Origin: Paramoeba atlantica
Taxonomy: Eukaryota; Protista; Discosea
Reading direction: 5' to 3'
DNA: 64,000 nt
Assembly: GCA_977017575.1 (NCBI GenBank)
Contig: CDRNVI010000141.1
Location: forward strand, 21,352-85,351
The stretch's first letter is position 1, and every line of letters begins with the position of its first letter. Made by a program: the position numbers and the translations under genes. Below are positions 12,701 to 24,865 of this stretch, piece after piece. The notes beneath the pieces are model-generated. The model was not told the origin of the DNA and searched no databases. It worked only from the letters and a program-made list of their open reading frames with translations.

Positions 12701-14786
12701 ACACAATAAAAATATACAAATTCTGAACAAGAATGTTATGAGGCTTACTGGGCAATTAACAAGTTTAAGGAATTCATTATGGGAAGAGATGTGGTGATTT
12801 TTAGTGAGCACCAGAGTCAACAGTCAAACTGTGCAACTCCACAGTAAGCAAACAAGAAGCAAACTTATCTGTGGGTGGCTGCTGGAAATAGCAGCAGTTG
12901 CAAGTCAAATTCTACACCAACCTGGGAAAACACTGGTTATTCCTGATACACTCAGTTGAGCACATCATGTATCCTATCAAGAGGAAGATGCTCAAACTCC
13001 AATTAAGAAGTCCTGGAGAGACTGGGAGTTAAAAATGTGGAAAACAAAACAACATTTTAACAAACAAAAAATGGCAATATTGAAGCTCTGTTCTCTCTCA
13101 AAAACCTGTCATAGGGTAGATGAGTCCACCAGAGATGGAAAGGAGTTATTGGCTAAAATGGGTCAGTGCACAGAAAGCATGGGTCAGCTTGGTGGCCAAT
13201 CTGCTCAAGGAAGGAGCAGGGGACTCTCTCAAGGATGACTATCTGGGATAGCTGTTGGGTCAGCTTCATGTAAGACACTGGGCAGTGTGATGGGTTAGCT
13301 TCAGACAATTCCCAGCAAGACTGAGTGTAATGACATTTCTGACTCTGGAAGTGAGGATGAATTTAGGTCAAGTACACAACCAGGTGAACCTACCAGAGTT
13401 CATACAGTGCCTGAAATACAACCTCTTATAAATAAGGAGCCAGAAGGAGCAAAACTGTCAGATACTGGTGCTGGCCACACTGGATCTGAGAATCAGAATG
13501 ATTCAGAAAAACAATGGATCATAAAGGACCAAGAACAATACTGGAGCAATATGAAGGATCAATTTTGTCAAAGAATGAGAAATTTGATCTTAATTAGAGA
13601 ATACCTGAGTTTTGTAAAGACATTCAGAAATTATTGGAAACAAGGTGACATTATTGTCTCAATAATACATATACCCATATTTTATCAATTGTGGATGCCT
13701 TCACAGGGTACTTTTCATTATTTCCACTGAAAGCTGTCATCACAAAAGAGATGGCACAATGCCTCTTGAAATATGTTACAATCCATTCAATGCCACCGGA
13801 AATAGTGACTGATGGAGGGGCCCAGAAAGAACTCTTTGTGGAATTGACACAAATCTGAGGAACACACCATGCAAAGGTCTCCCTCTATAACCACAAAGGA
13901 AATGGCAAAGTGGAAACAATTCATTCACCTGTTAAAAACATGATGAGGGCTTTATGTCCAGAAATATCAAAGGGACTGTGGGATTTGCTCCTTCCAATTG
14001 GTGGAATTTGCTTACAATACCCAAGTTCATTCTGTAACAAAACAAAAACCTTTCATGTTACAATTTAGTCGAATACCAACATATCCAATCAATGTTACAC
14101 TGGGAACATCAAACCCAAAATTGGTTACTTCAGATGAATATGTGGCTAATGTGAGGAATAAGATGTTAGAAATCTTTCAACTGGTAAATGAAAAATGAAG
14201 AGATTCCAAGGAACAAAGAGTTGATGACTATAATGCTCATCAAAGAACTCAAATTCTATCGGTTGGAGACTGAGTCCTTCTTCTAAATCATGAAAAAAGG
14301 AAGAAATTTAACCAAAAATTCAATCCAAGGACACAAGGTGATGTCCATATGATAACTGAGGTTGTTTCAGCTCAAATATATCGATTAAGGAATCTCAAAA
14401 CAAGATGGATTCTTCCACAACCTGTTCATGGAAGTGAATTAATATGAAAGGGTTGAGATTGAAAAGGAACAAAACCTGATAAAGGAGAAAGAACTCCCAC
14501 CAGGAGATGGATGAAGAAGTCTGAAATATAGAATTATCTCAGAAAGAGAATTTGATGGTTATCAACAATATTGTATGGAAATCCAACCACCTACTGGAAG
14601 AAAATGACATAAGTGGTGGGAGAAAGAACACCTGGGAGGTACAAAAGAGTTGAAAGATTACCTCAAGGCAAAGAAGCCTCAAAAAGGTTATTGGTGGGCA
14701 GACTGATCAATAATGGGTGGATTTTCCCTGTAAGAACTTTGAATTTTGTTCAGAACTGACAAAGCTGCGCTCAAAACTCTGCTTGC

Positions 14787-15004
14787 AAGGGGGGGGTGTA
14801 AATAATTAAATATCCAAATATGAAATATTATAAATATATATAACACCTTTATTTGAATCCTTGTTAAATTCAGTTCAACTGATTGCAGTTCATTGTTGTC
14901 AACATCCTGTCACTGTGTTTTCTCCTCTCTACTCTCTCACTTGTTGATTTCCCAGTTTCTCAACTGTGCTTCTTTGAAACCTCAGAAATAAAACAAAATC
15001 TACA
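14787..15004 (+). repeat. Polypurine tract (14787-14796) and 208-bp 3' LTR (TGTA...TACA)
   Basis: aagggggggg directly before TGTAAATA; the LTR ends aaaatctaca. Confidence 0.85.
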
Positions 15005-15009
15005 AAGGA

Positions 15010-15750
15010 TTGCTTCATCCAAGAAAGCTTCACAACAAAAAAAAAACAAGATGTCACATAAAAACAAAAAGGAAAAAGGAAATGGAAATGGATATAAAAA
15101 TAAAAAATAATATCGACAAGAGAGTGAGCCAGGCTGAGAAAAAAATAATCATAACAACAATAAATAACAACAATAATAAAATAACAAAATAACAACAACA
15201 ATATTCCAAACAAAGTACACTATTGGGGAGAATCAAACAAAACAACAACAGCAACATTCACAACAGACTCTTTGCCAACAAACACTTTCAGGGTGAAATC
15301 ATTCCAAACAGTTTTAAATAATATATGTGACACAACCAAAAAACCTAGAATAAAGAAAGAAACAACAATCCATAAAAATAACCCAAACAGTAATTCTCTC
15401 TCAAAGATAAGTTGAGGATCCAAACTTTTAAACAACTCTCCCAACAACATCTCAACCAACCAACAAAAGAAAACCAAATAATAATAAAAGCAAACATAAC
15501 AAAAAAAACCTTTTTTGAAGAAAAAAAAAAATAGGTCACACAAGTTCCAACAAACACAAGCAAGAAAAAACAGTCCAAAAAACTCACATCAGTAATTATT
15601 CAATCCCTCACCTCACTCTTGTTCCCTTTTGGAGGGGGATATCTTTTTTTTTGAATTTCATTCAAGAAAACAAAAAAAACTTAACTCTCAGATTCTCCAT
15701 CAACCCTCTGGCTCTCTGGTAACAAAAAAGAGAAGTAACCCACCAAAGAA
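15010..15750. repeat. Dispersed repeat; inverted copy at ~36520-37375
   Basis: Collinear shared blocks such as gtgaaatc(a/g)ttc..aaacagttttaaata and aagaaaaacagtccaaaaaactcac. Confidence 0.7.
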
Positions 15751-16204
15751 AAGAAGAAATAAGAAAAAGAAAGCACAAAAAAACAGGAAAAGGAAAAAGA
15801 AAAAAAGAAAAAAAGAAAGAAAACAAAAAAAGAAAGAAAAAAAAAGAAAGAAAAAAAAGAAAGAAAAAGAAAGAAAAAAAAGAAAGAAAAAGAAACCACA
15901 ACTTGAAGCAACATATTTAACCCAATCATGATCACAGTGACCTATGAAAGAAGAGAAAAAAAGAGAAAAGAAAAAAGAGAAAGGAAAAGAAACAAAAAGA
16001 GAGAAAAAAAAGGGAAGAAAAAAAAGGGAGAAAAGAAGGGAGAAAAAAAGAGAAGTAAGGAAAAAAGAAAAGAGATGATGGCAAGAACAAAAACAGAAAA
16101 CTAGAGTGGGGAAGGTGCAACACTCTTTTTTTAGCCACAAAAAAAAGATTTTGGGGTTTCACAATTTTTTTTACCCTTTGTTTTTTTTGTTTTTTTTGTT
16201 TCTT

Positions 16205-16275
16205 TTCAATCCTTTTTGCATCTCCCAAGTCTTGGTCATGTTTCACAAAGACACTATCACACTCATCATCAAGAC
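16205..16275 (-). pseudogene. Small fragment of the PB1-domain gene family
   Basis: FCLDDECDSVFVKHDQDLGDA matches FYLNDECDVVFVKRNQDLEDA of 48104-49141. Confidence 0.7.
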
Positions 16276-16528
16276 AAAAAAAAACACTCAAACAGAAGGG
16301 ATTGAAGAAAATTGGAACAAAAAGATGAAGAAAAATGAAAAAATTCAATATGTGGGAATTGAACCCGTCAGGTAAATAGATGGTTCTTGCCCTTCTCCTT
16401 ACTCTCCTAGGTTCGAAAAAGAAGTCTTTCAATCCTCCTCCAAAGAAGAGAAGACAAAAATAGAAGACATTATTTGAAAAATAACAAACCAAAGTCACCA
16501 GGGTTACCAAAATGAACCTAGGATTTTC

Positions 16529-16572
16529 ATACTCTCTGGGTGCTAATTTGAAAATTCATACCCAAAGAGTAT
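16529..16572. repeat. Hairpin element copy H1 (decayed)
   Basis: atactctctgggtgc-taatttgaaaattc-atacccaaagagtat. Confidence 0.75.
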
Positions 16573-18174
16573 AAGTTTTCTTCCTTGAGGTCATTTGAGC
16601 ATTGCTTGGATCACCACTGATAGGGAAAGAACCAAAATAACACTTCTTCATCCATTCAAGAATGAAAGTTCTTTTTATGGTTATCCAATAAGTTGATTGT
16701 TTCAACAAAAAAAAAGATCAAAAGAGATGAGTTCTCTGGTCAAAAAAAATGAGAAAAAGGAGGCAAAAAGAAAAGATCAGAAGAGTAAGATAAAGGAAAT
16801 AGGGGAAATAAAATGGAAACAAACAAAAAAAAATCTAATGATAAAGAAAAAAGAAAAAAGAACCCTAGTAAGCTGATAGTCTCACAGCTTAACCATTTCA
16901 GTCAGGTCCCATTTCTCTCAAAGCTCTTCTTTCTCAAAAGACAAAGGAATGCCAAATCAAAGGTTCCCAACATTGAACTGGGGTGAGTCATAAAATAATT
17001 GAAGAAATAATTGAAATTCTCAAGGGTCCACCAGGTTTAATCCTCTTATAACATCAAAGAGAAAAGGGTTGTTTGAACAAATCAAAAGAACTTTTTAACT
17101 TGTTTATAACACTCTTTACAATCTTTTCAATTTGTTTTGCCTTTCTTGATCTTGAATGTTAATCACAAATAAATTATTAAAAGCCAAGTACAAAGTGGAG
17201 ACATTATACAAAGAGGAAAGCAATTATCCCTTTTAAAAGAAAAGAAAAGAAAAAAAGTTAGTTTTTTTGATTAAAAAAAACAAAAAACAAAAAAAAACAT
17301 CATCATCACAACAAAACACCAAAACCCCTCCCTCCACCACAGGTATTCAACAAAACCAAATAACCATAACCCAAATATCCACCCAAGAAACAACCACCTA
17401 TAAACAACTGCCAACAAATAACAAATAACAAACAACAAAACAACAAACAACAATTCCCCCCCCACAAACAATGCACAATACTCCAGGAACAACAAAACAC
17501 AAAATAAAGAAGCTCCCTTCATTCAAAAGGAAAGTCAATGAATTTTAAAAAAAACAAAGGGGAAAAAAAGGAGGAAGGAAGGAAGAGGAAAAAGAGAAAG
17601 GAGGAAAAGAGAGAGGAAAACAAAAGAGATAAAAAAGAAAAAGGGAAAGTAAAAAAGGGAGAAAAAGGAGAAAGATAAGAAAGAAACAAGAGGAAGAGAA
17701 GGAAAAACCTCTGATTGAAAGCAAATCAAGCAAGGGAAAAAAGAACCTTGGATGTGTGGTCTCAAGTCTCTCAGCAAGAATTGTATCATAAGAAGAAAAA
17801 GAGTTGTTTGAACAAATCAAAAAACTTTTAATTTGTTCATAAAACTCAAAAATTGTTACCTAACTAACAGAAAAAGAAAAAAAAAAAAAGAAAATGAAAA
17901 GAAAGAAAAAGAAAAGAGAAAAAAAAAGAAAAAAGAAAGAGGAAAAGGAGAAAAAAGAAAGAAAAAGAAAAAGAGAAAAAGAAAAGAGGGAGAAAAAAAA
18001 GGAGAAAAAAAAGGAGAAAAAAAAAGAAAAAAGAAAAAAGAAAAGAAAAAGAAAAAGAAAAAAAGAAAAAGAGAAAGAGAAAAAGAAAAGAAGAAAAGAA
18101 AAAAAAGAAAAAGAACCAACAAAAAGATAGAGACTTTTGTGGTGTGTGCCAGGGGAGGGGGGGAGGTTGTGTGT

Positions 18175-18575
18175 TACTCTCAAGAACATCAATATGATCT
18201 GCCAGTTTCTCATCACACTCTTCCTGAGCATTTCAATCTTCTTCTCTCTCTTCTTCTGTTGTTCCTTTGAGGCTTTTCTTGGAGTTCTCAGAAACTGAAT
18301 CAACATCATCAGTATTCTTCTCATCACCCACTTTCTCTTCATCATCATCCACTCGATTTTCGATCTCCTGATGACTCTTCACTGCTGTCACCATCTTGTT
18401 TGCTCTTTTTTGGGAGGAGAAATAAAGCATCTTCTCCAAGTCTTGGTCATGTTTCACAAAGACAACACATCACACTCATCATTGAGATAGAACACTTGAG
18501 AACTACAGTCAAAAGTTCCATACACATCCTGGATGTTCCTTCAGAGGCTTTGAAAATCTTTGAGCTTGAACAAAA
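18175..18575 (-). pseudogene. Truncated, frameshifted PB1/coiled-coil gene copy
   Basis: Aligns to ~48215-48610; paired with a cofilin copy in the same divergent arrangement as 47051-49141. Confidence 0.85.
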
Positions 18576-19246
18576 CAATCCCACAAACAAACAAAAAACA
18601 AAATCACTGAAAAGACACCACCACAAAAAACAAAACTTAGATTGGAAAAAAAGAAGGGTGGTTTTGGGGAGGGGTGGTTCAATTCCCACAAAATTTTCCT
18701 TTTTTTTTTGACTTTTTTTTTGTTCAGTGAAAGCATTGATTGGGGTTTGGTTTGGGCGGGTTTGGTTTTTTTTTCGAAGTGAGGGGTTGGTTGTGGAGAG
18801 TTGTCTTCGAAAAATGAGAAACACTCAATGCAAGATGAATCTCCTTTCTGTGTCTCAAATATGTGTAAAACTTGGGATGCACATCTTGTTGTTCTGGATT
18901 CTGAGCAAATTCGTGTGTGATGAAAAAGAAGAGGATCAAGTTGAGTGATTCTCAGGCGGCAATTTTGAGTGATCCTCAATGCAATTGGATTATTATTATT
19001 TGGCTTTGCCCCAACACACCAATAGACACTTCACTGAACTGAGCCAACTTTTTCCAAAAAACACAGGTTTCTTCGTCCCCCTCCTTGACTTGACCCAACA
19101 CACACACACACACACAAAAAAACTCAAAACAAAACACAAAAAACACAAAAAACAAAAACCAATCAAAAACAATCAAAAACAACCAAACCAAAACAAAACA
19201 AAGTAATCCCTTCTTGTGTGATTGATCGATAAATACAACTACTACT

Positions 19247-19714
19247 ATGGCTTCTGTGGTTCAATTTTCTGATGAATGTATCCTCTCTATTGCTCGGTCT
19301 GTCAAATCTGGGAAGTCAAAAGGGGTGTATCTTCTTGATCAACGACATGGAAAATGTCGAACTGAATTATTATGATTTATCAAAAAGTGGGGATGTGGTG
19401 GATGGATGAACAGAAAATGGACTGAATTCACAACTCATCTCCTAAGAGACAAATGTGCATATGAATTGACTCACATCAAAAATACATCTCTCCTTCTGAT
19501 CACACGTGAAAGGAGTAAATTAGTATTTGTGATGTGGGCACCATACAAGAGCTAAAATCAAAAGAAAAGATGGTTGTTTTTTTTACTACAAATGGAATTG
19601 TTGGAAAGATTGGAGAAGGTGGAATTTCTTGTTAACTTCAGGGTGGTTCAGTTGCATCTGTTGATTATGATGAAAGTTTTGGAACATGCATTGGCACAAT
19701 CTACAATGAAGTGA
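19247..19714 (+). pseudogene. ADF/cofilin pseudogene
   Basis: Collinear with 47051-47503 from ATG to TGA; several 1-2-bp insertions; 10 of 11 CpGs mutated. Confidence 0.9.
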
Positions 19715-19844
19715 GAAAAAAGAAAGAGGAAATAACCCCTAATAAAAATTTAGTTCACTAAAAGTGTGCAAAAAGTTGCTGTTTTTTTAGTTTTTCTTTG
19801 TTGTTTGCCTCACATTTCATTGGTATTTTTTTGTTGGTATTTTA

Positions 19845-19892
19845 TCATTCTCTCTGGGTACTAATTTGAAAATTTGTACCCAGAGAATATGA
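19845..19892. repeat. Hairpin element copy H2
   Basis: tcattctctctgggtac-taatttgaaaattt-gtacccagagaatatga. Confidence 0.8.
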
Positions 19893-19970
19893 ATTTTACT
19901 CAAACTAAGAAACCAAATTAGACCATTGATGTCTCCTTCAAAAAGAAAAAAGAGAATGTTTTTTTGGTAC

Positions 19971-20001
19971 TGGGATTGGGATGCTTTCAACTGGGTATGA
20001 C
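19971..20001 (-). pseudogene. 5S rRNA 5'-part remnant
   Basis: tgggattgggatgctttcaactgggtatgac versus tgggatcgggtgctttcaactgggtatgac in the intact 5S genes. Confidence 0.75.
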
Positions 20002-20257
20002 ATACTTTCCTTTCCTTTTTTCTTTTTTAAGAAGTGAAAAAAATGGGAAGAAATCAACAAAGAAGAAAACCACAAAATCAAAACCAATTGAGACTCTTTA
20101 AGGCAAACCTCCAGAATTCCAGCAAAAAGGGAAAACCAAAAGAAATCATGGTTCCACTTGCATTTTTGTTTTTTGGGGAGGGAAAGTGTTTTTTTCAGGG
20201 TCTGTTGTAAAAATGACAAAGCATTAACCCAATAATGGCAATACATAAATAAATTAA

Positions 20258-20646
20258 AAGAATTTTTTAAAAGTGGACACTTATTTTCCAGGGCCCCTTT
20301 GAATGATCCCTCTCTTTGGTTAGTTTTTCGAAGAATGAAGTCTCAAAAACATTTTTTTTTGAAGGATTATGTTTCAAAACCATTTTTTTTCGAAGAATCA
20401 TGTTTCGAAAGGTGATTCTTGGAAAAAAATGATTTTGAAACATGATTCTTCGAAAAAAAATGGTTTCGAAACATAATTCTTCGAAAAAAAATGTTTTCAA
20501 GACTTGATTCTTTGAAAAAAAATTTTCAAGACTTGATTTTTCAAAAAAAAATGATTTCAAAACTTCATTCTTCGAAAAACTAACCAAAGAGAGGGACCAT
20601 TCAAAGGGGCCCTGGAAAATAAGCGTCCACTTTAAAAAAAATTCTT
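20258..20646. mobile_element. Foldback-type MITE with ~84-bp TIRs and internal TTCGAA-rich subrepeats
   Basis: 20258-20341 is the near-perfect reverse complement of 20562-20646; internal ~30-bp units are also arranged in mirror orientation. Confidence 0.85.
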
Positions 20647-20647
20647 G

Positions 20648-20905
20648 CACTACAGGGAAAACGCCCCAAAGATGTTTCAAATATGGCATTGACAGCCCCT
20701 ATTCTTTGGACAATTTATTTGATTTGGGAGGAAAACCCGTTTTCCTCCATTTTTGAAAGAAAAATCCAGTTCAGTTTGAAAAAATTCAAATGGAAAGAAG
20801 AGAGCAAAATCACAGGTTTCAGAAATTAAATAAATTGTCCAAAGAATAGGGGCTGTCGACACCAAGGGCTATTTGAAACATCTTTGGGGCGTTTTCCCCG
20901 TAGTG
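20648..20905. mobile_element. Non-autonomous CACTA (EnSpm)-type MITE
   Basis: Ends CACTACAGGGAAAACGCCCCAAAGATGTTTCAAATA and its near-exact reverse complement ending TAGTG. A second subterminal inverted repeat (gacagcccctattctttggacaatttatt) is present. The TSD is not intact. Confidence 0.8.
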
Positions 20906-21559
20906 TATATTGCATGATGAAAAAAAGAGAAAAAAGGGAATGAAAGAAAAAACAAAAAACAAAAACAAGAGAAAAAGAGAGAGAAAGAGAAAAAGAAGGG
21001 GAAAAGAGAAAAAAACATGATACTAAAATATCAAAGAAATAAAGGGAAAAGAAAAAAGAAAAAGAAAACCAACCTCTATTAACACTTTTCTTTCTGGCAA
21101 ACAAACTCTAGTTTCTAGGATACCACCATATTCTTGGGTTCTCTTTTGGGTTGTCTTGTCTGGATTGGCTTGAATTGTCCTGAACAACCAACCAACAACC
21201 CAACAACCGACTGACAACCAACAACAAGCTCTCAAAAAACACTTCTCTTGGCTCTTTTGAAACAATCAATAACATCCAGCAATAACAATAGCAACAACAA
21301 TCAAAACAATCACATTTATACCAAAATAAAACCTGAACACTACACAGTGAAGAAACGAAACACCAAAAGTTTACAACTCAAAACTCTAAGAAGAAGGTTT
21401 GTAAGTGAAGAAGAAAACAAAATAAAAACAAAATACAAAAACACAAAAACAAACAATTAAACTACTTGACAAAAACACCAAAACAACAAAATAACAAAAT
21501 AAAGAGGGGAAAAAAAGAAACCTGTGGTGATGTAACAAGAGTGGCAAACTCCCTCTCCT

Positions 21560-21815
21560 TGTGAATTGTTGGGTGGGAATAGACTCCACTTCTGAGTTCA
21601 AGCAAAATTCACGGTACCTCTTAATATATTAATTAATTCATCATCGCCAAGAAGAAGGAGGTTAAAAGAAGTCAAAAAATAGCCATATTCTCCAAATTTC
21701 TTGCCAAACTTAACCCCCTTCTTTCTCTTCTTTCCACAATGGAGTGGAGCACGAAACAAAACAGAGGTCTCTGAACATGCAGCCAGATTATTTTAATATC
21801 TCATCAGGGACCATC
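21560..21815 (-). pseudogene. Possible F-box-containing exon relic
   Basis: LEMVPDEILK*...FRDLCFVSCSTPLWK resembles the F-box consensus LP.EIL..I...DL...SC....W; stops present. Confidence 0.3.
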
Positions 21816-22919
21816 TCGAGAGGTTAGAGAAAGAAAAGAAAAAAAAATTAGTATTCACAATTTTTGAAGAACACCATCAAAAGGGAGAAAAAGAAAAAGA
21901 AGAAAAAGAAAAGTAGAAAGAAAAGAATAAAAGAATAAAAAAGAGTAAAGAGAAAAAAAGAAATCTTGAATGGTCTTTTCCACATTTCCCCTGAAAAGAG
22001 TTTATCAATAGAAAGAAAAAAAGAAAAGGAAAAAGAAAGAGGGAAAGAGGGAAAGAGAAAAGAAAACCCACTCAAAAAACAACAAAAATGAAACAAGGGG
22101 AAAAGAAAAAAAAAAAAACACAGCAAACACAATGATAAATTGGCCACAAAAGAAAAGAATGTTAACATTGTGTGCGCAAAACCACCATCAAAAAAAGTTC
22201 TTCTTTTTTCTCATGTTCAATGAAAAAAGCAACACACAACAAGATTCACCAATATCTCTCACCAATGTAATAGTGATCCATCAACAAAGATTCTTTTGTT
22301 CTGGATCAAAGAGCATAACCAAAGGTCAAAAACAACTCTCGATTTAGTCTCTCACCACAATCTAAAAAAGAAAGAAAAGAAATAAGAAAAGAAAAGAAAG
22401 AAAGTAAGAAGAAGAAAATTAGAGAAATATAAGAAAAAAACAAACACCCCACGATTTTTGAAGATTTTGCTGAATTCTTTGTACCCCACACAAAAGAGAG
22501 AGAGAGAGAGAGTTGGCGATTTTGTTTTTTGAACAAAAGGTCCCTGAAGAACATTTCTTCTTTTTTGGAGAGAAAAAAAAAAAAGAGAGAAAAAAAAAGG
22601 ACTGAGAGAAGAAAGAGGAACCAAAAAACAGCGGCCAAATGACAAACCCCTATTTCAGGTCCAAAAACCTCTATCTTCTTTTTTTCTCCTGTCTTTTCCT
22701 CTTTTCTTTTCCCTCTTTTCCCTCTTTTCCCTCTTTTCCCTCTTTTTCTTTCTTCTTTTTTTTGTCCCTGAGTACATTTTCTTCTTTTTTGGATGTTTTT
22801 TTTTTAAGGTTCAGACACCAGGTGCCATTTATTAGAGTTAAAAAAACCATCTCTAGGATGGAAAAGAGGGGGGAAGAAAGGGGGGAGGGAGGGAAGATAA
22901 ATTAAGAGTTAGATCCAAA

Positions 22920-23700
22920 GATCTCTTCAGCATGGGATGCATTGGAGTTTCTTTACCAACTTTAGTTCTCATTAAGGGGTCTGCGTTTGATTGTTCGCCT
23001 TCTAAAACCAGGGAGTGAATTCGGTTTGGAGGTTTCTATGAAGTTAATTACATTCCTTCAAAAATCTTCCTCAATAAAGCTCCTCACCAAATTGCTCTCT
23101 TGGGACTGATGGAACCATCCTTGGATATCTTTAGTAATTATTACAGGGAGAATTAGAGCATTCTCAAGAGCAGTTTGGGTCGGAAACAAAACATGGGGGG
23201 TTGTCACCATGTTTCCTTGGAATTTCCTTACAAAATTCCCTGGAGGGATGGGGAAAGTCCAGTCACAGGTGAGGGGGGAATTGATCCAGTTCCACAGGGT
23301 TGAATTCAAAATAATCCACTCTTCACTGGTTTCTGCAACATGTTGTGATCTTGGATCCCAATGATGGTCATTCACAGCACATGTTCCATCCTCTTTAGAC
23401 CAACTTGCAGCAGTTGCAATTGCATCAGCTCACTTGTTAAGATCTCAGGGTACATGGATGAATTCTATCTCATCAAAGCACATTGCTAACTTACAGATTT
23501 CACAAAGTAGTTCATTCAAGGCATAGTTTTTGATGGCATGGGTTTTGGGTGCAGCCTTGGTGAGAATCATACAATCCCCGACAACTTCAATCTCATTTGT
23601 CATTGATCTGGCATATTGCATTCCTTTCAGACAGCCTGTAAATTCACCAATATTGTTGGACCCAAGAGGGATGTCTTTTTTGGATGTTCCAAATTTTTGG
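22920..23700 (-). mobile_element. 3' fragment of a second RNase-H-bearing non-LTR family
   Basis: GSNNIGEFTGCLKG...VVGDCMILTKAAPK...FIHVP*DLNK*ADAIATAASWS...VRKFQG, homologous to 5501-6794; both stops are TGA at Arg-type positions. Confidence 0.85.
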
Positions 23701-24368
23701 ATCCAGCGTCTTTTCTCTCTTTTTTTTTTTTCTCTCTCTGTTTTTTCGCTACTTTCCCCCCTTCTCTCTTTCTCTCTTTCTCTCTTTCTCTCTTTCTCTC
23801 TTTCTCTCTTTCTCTTTTTTACTTTTCCCTTCCTTTCCTTTCCTTTCCTTTCCTTTCTGTGGGGTGGTCGGTTTCCTTTTCTTTTCTTTTCTTTTCTCTT
23901 TTTTTTTTCTCTTTTTTTTTTCTCTTTTTTTTTTCTCTTTTCTTTTTCTTTTTCTTTTTCTTTTTCTTTAATCTTTTTTTTTAATTCTTTCTTTTTTAAA
24001 AAGAAAAAACCTTTGAAATAATACTTTTTTTCTTTTATTCCCTTTCCTTTTTCTCTCTTTCTTTTCTCTTTCCTTTTCTTCTTCTTCTCTCTTTCTCATT
24101 CTCTCATTCCTCATTTTCTCCTTCTCTTCTCTCTCTTTCTCTCTTCTCTCTCTTTCTCTCCTCTCCTCTTTCTCTCTCTCTTTCTCTTTCTCTTTCTCTT
24201 CTGCTTTCTCTTCCACTTTCTCTTCCACTTTCTCTTCCACTTTCTCTTCCACTTTCTCTTCCACTTTCTCTTTCTCTCTCTCTCTTCTCTCTTCTCTCTC
24301 TTCTCTCTCTTCTCTCTTCTCTCTTCTCTCTTCTCTCTTCTCTCTTTCTCTTCTATTTGTTAAAAAAG

Positions 24369-24828
24369 GCTTTTGGTGGACAACTATCTCAGTGGGACAA
24401 TCCCAACCAAAATTGGAGTTCTTTCTTCTCTTTATTTGTTTCTTTTTCTTTTTTTTCTTTTTTTTCTTTTTTTTCTTTTTTCTTTTTTCTTTTTCTTTTT
24501 CTTTTTCTTTTTCTTTTTCTTTTTCTTTTTCTTTTTCTTTTTCTTTTTCTTTCTTTTCTCTTTTCTCTTTTTTCTTTTCTTTTAACTTTTAACTTTTTCT
24601 TTCTTCTTTCTCTCCCCTTTTCTCTCTCTTCCCTCTTTTTCTCTCTCCCTCCCTTCCTTTTCTCTCTCTCTCCCCTTTTCTCTCCCTCTCTCCCTCTCTC
24701 TCTTCTCTCTCTTCTCTTTTTAGAGATCTTTCTGACAATACTTTGAGAGGGACTGTTCCATCAAAAATTGAAAATCTTCATCATGTCCAAATCATGTTTT
24801 TTTATTTTTTATTTTTTATTTTTTATTT

Positions 24829-24865
<37 letters not shown>

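Larger units (their letters stand above)
9567..15004 (+). mobile_element. Heavily decayed full-length Ty3/gypsy chromovirus (LTR-gag-PR-RT-RH-IN-CHD-LTR)
   Basis: Protease ALCDSRA (~10860); RT SNSP, FSTLDM, CINYVDDIVIFSKTFEKH; integrase IVTDGG and EFAYNTQVHSVTKQKPF; chromodomain-like KYRIISEREFDGYQQY...KDYL (~14524-14680). Many stops and frameshifts. Confidence 0.9.
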
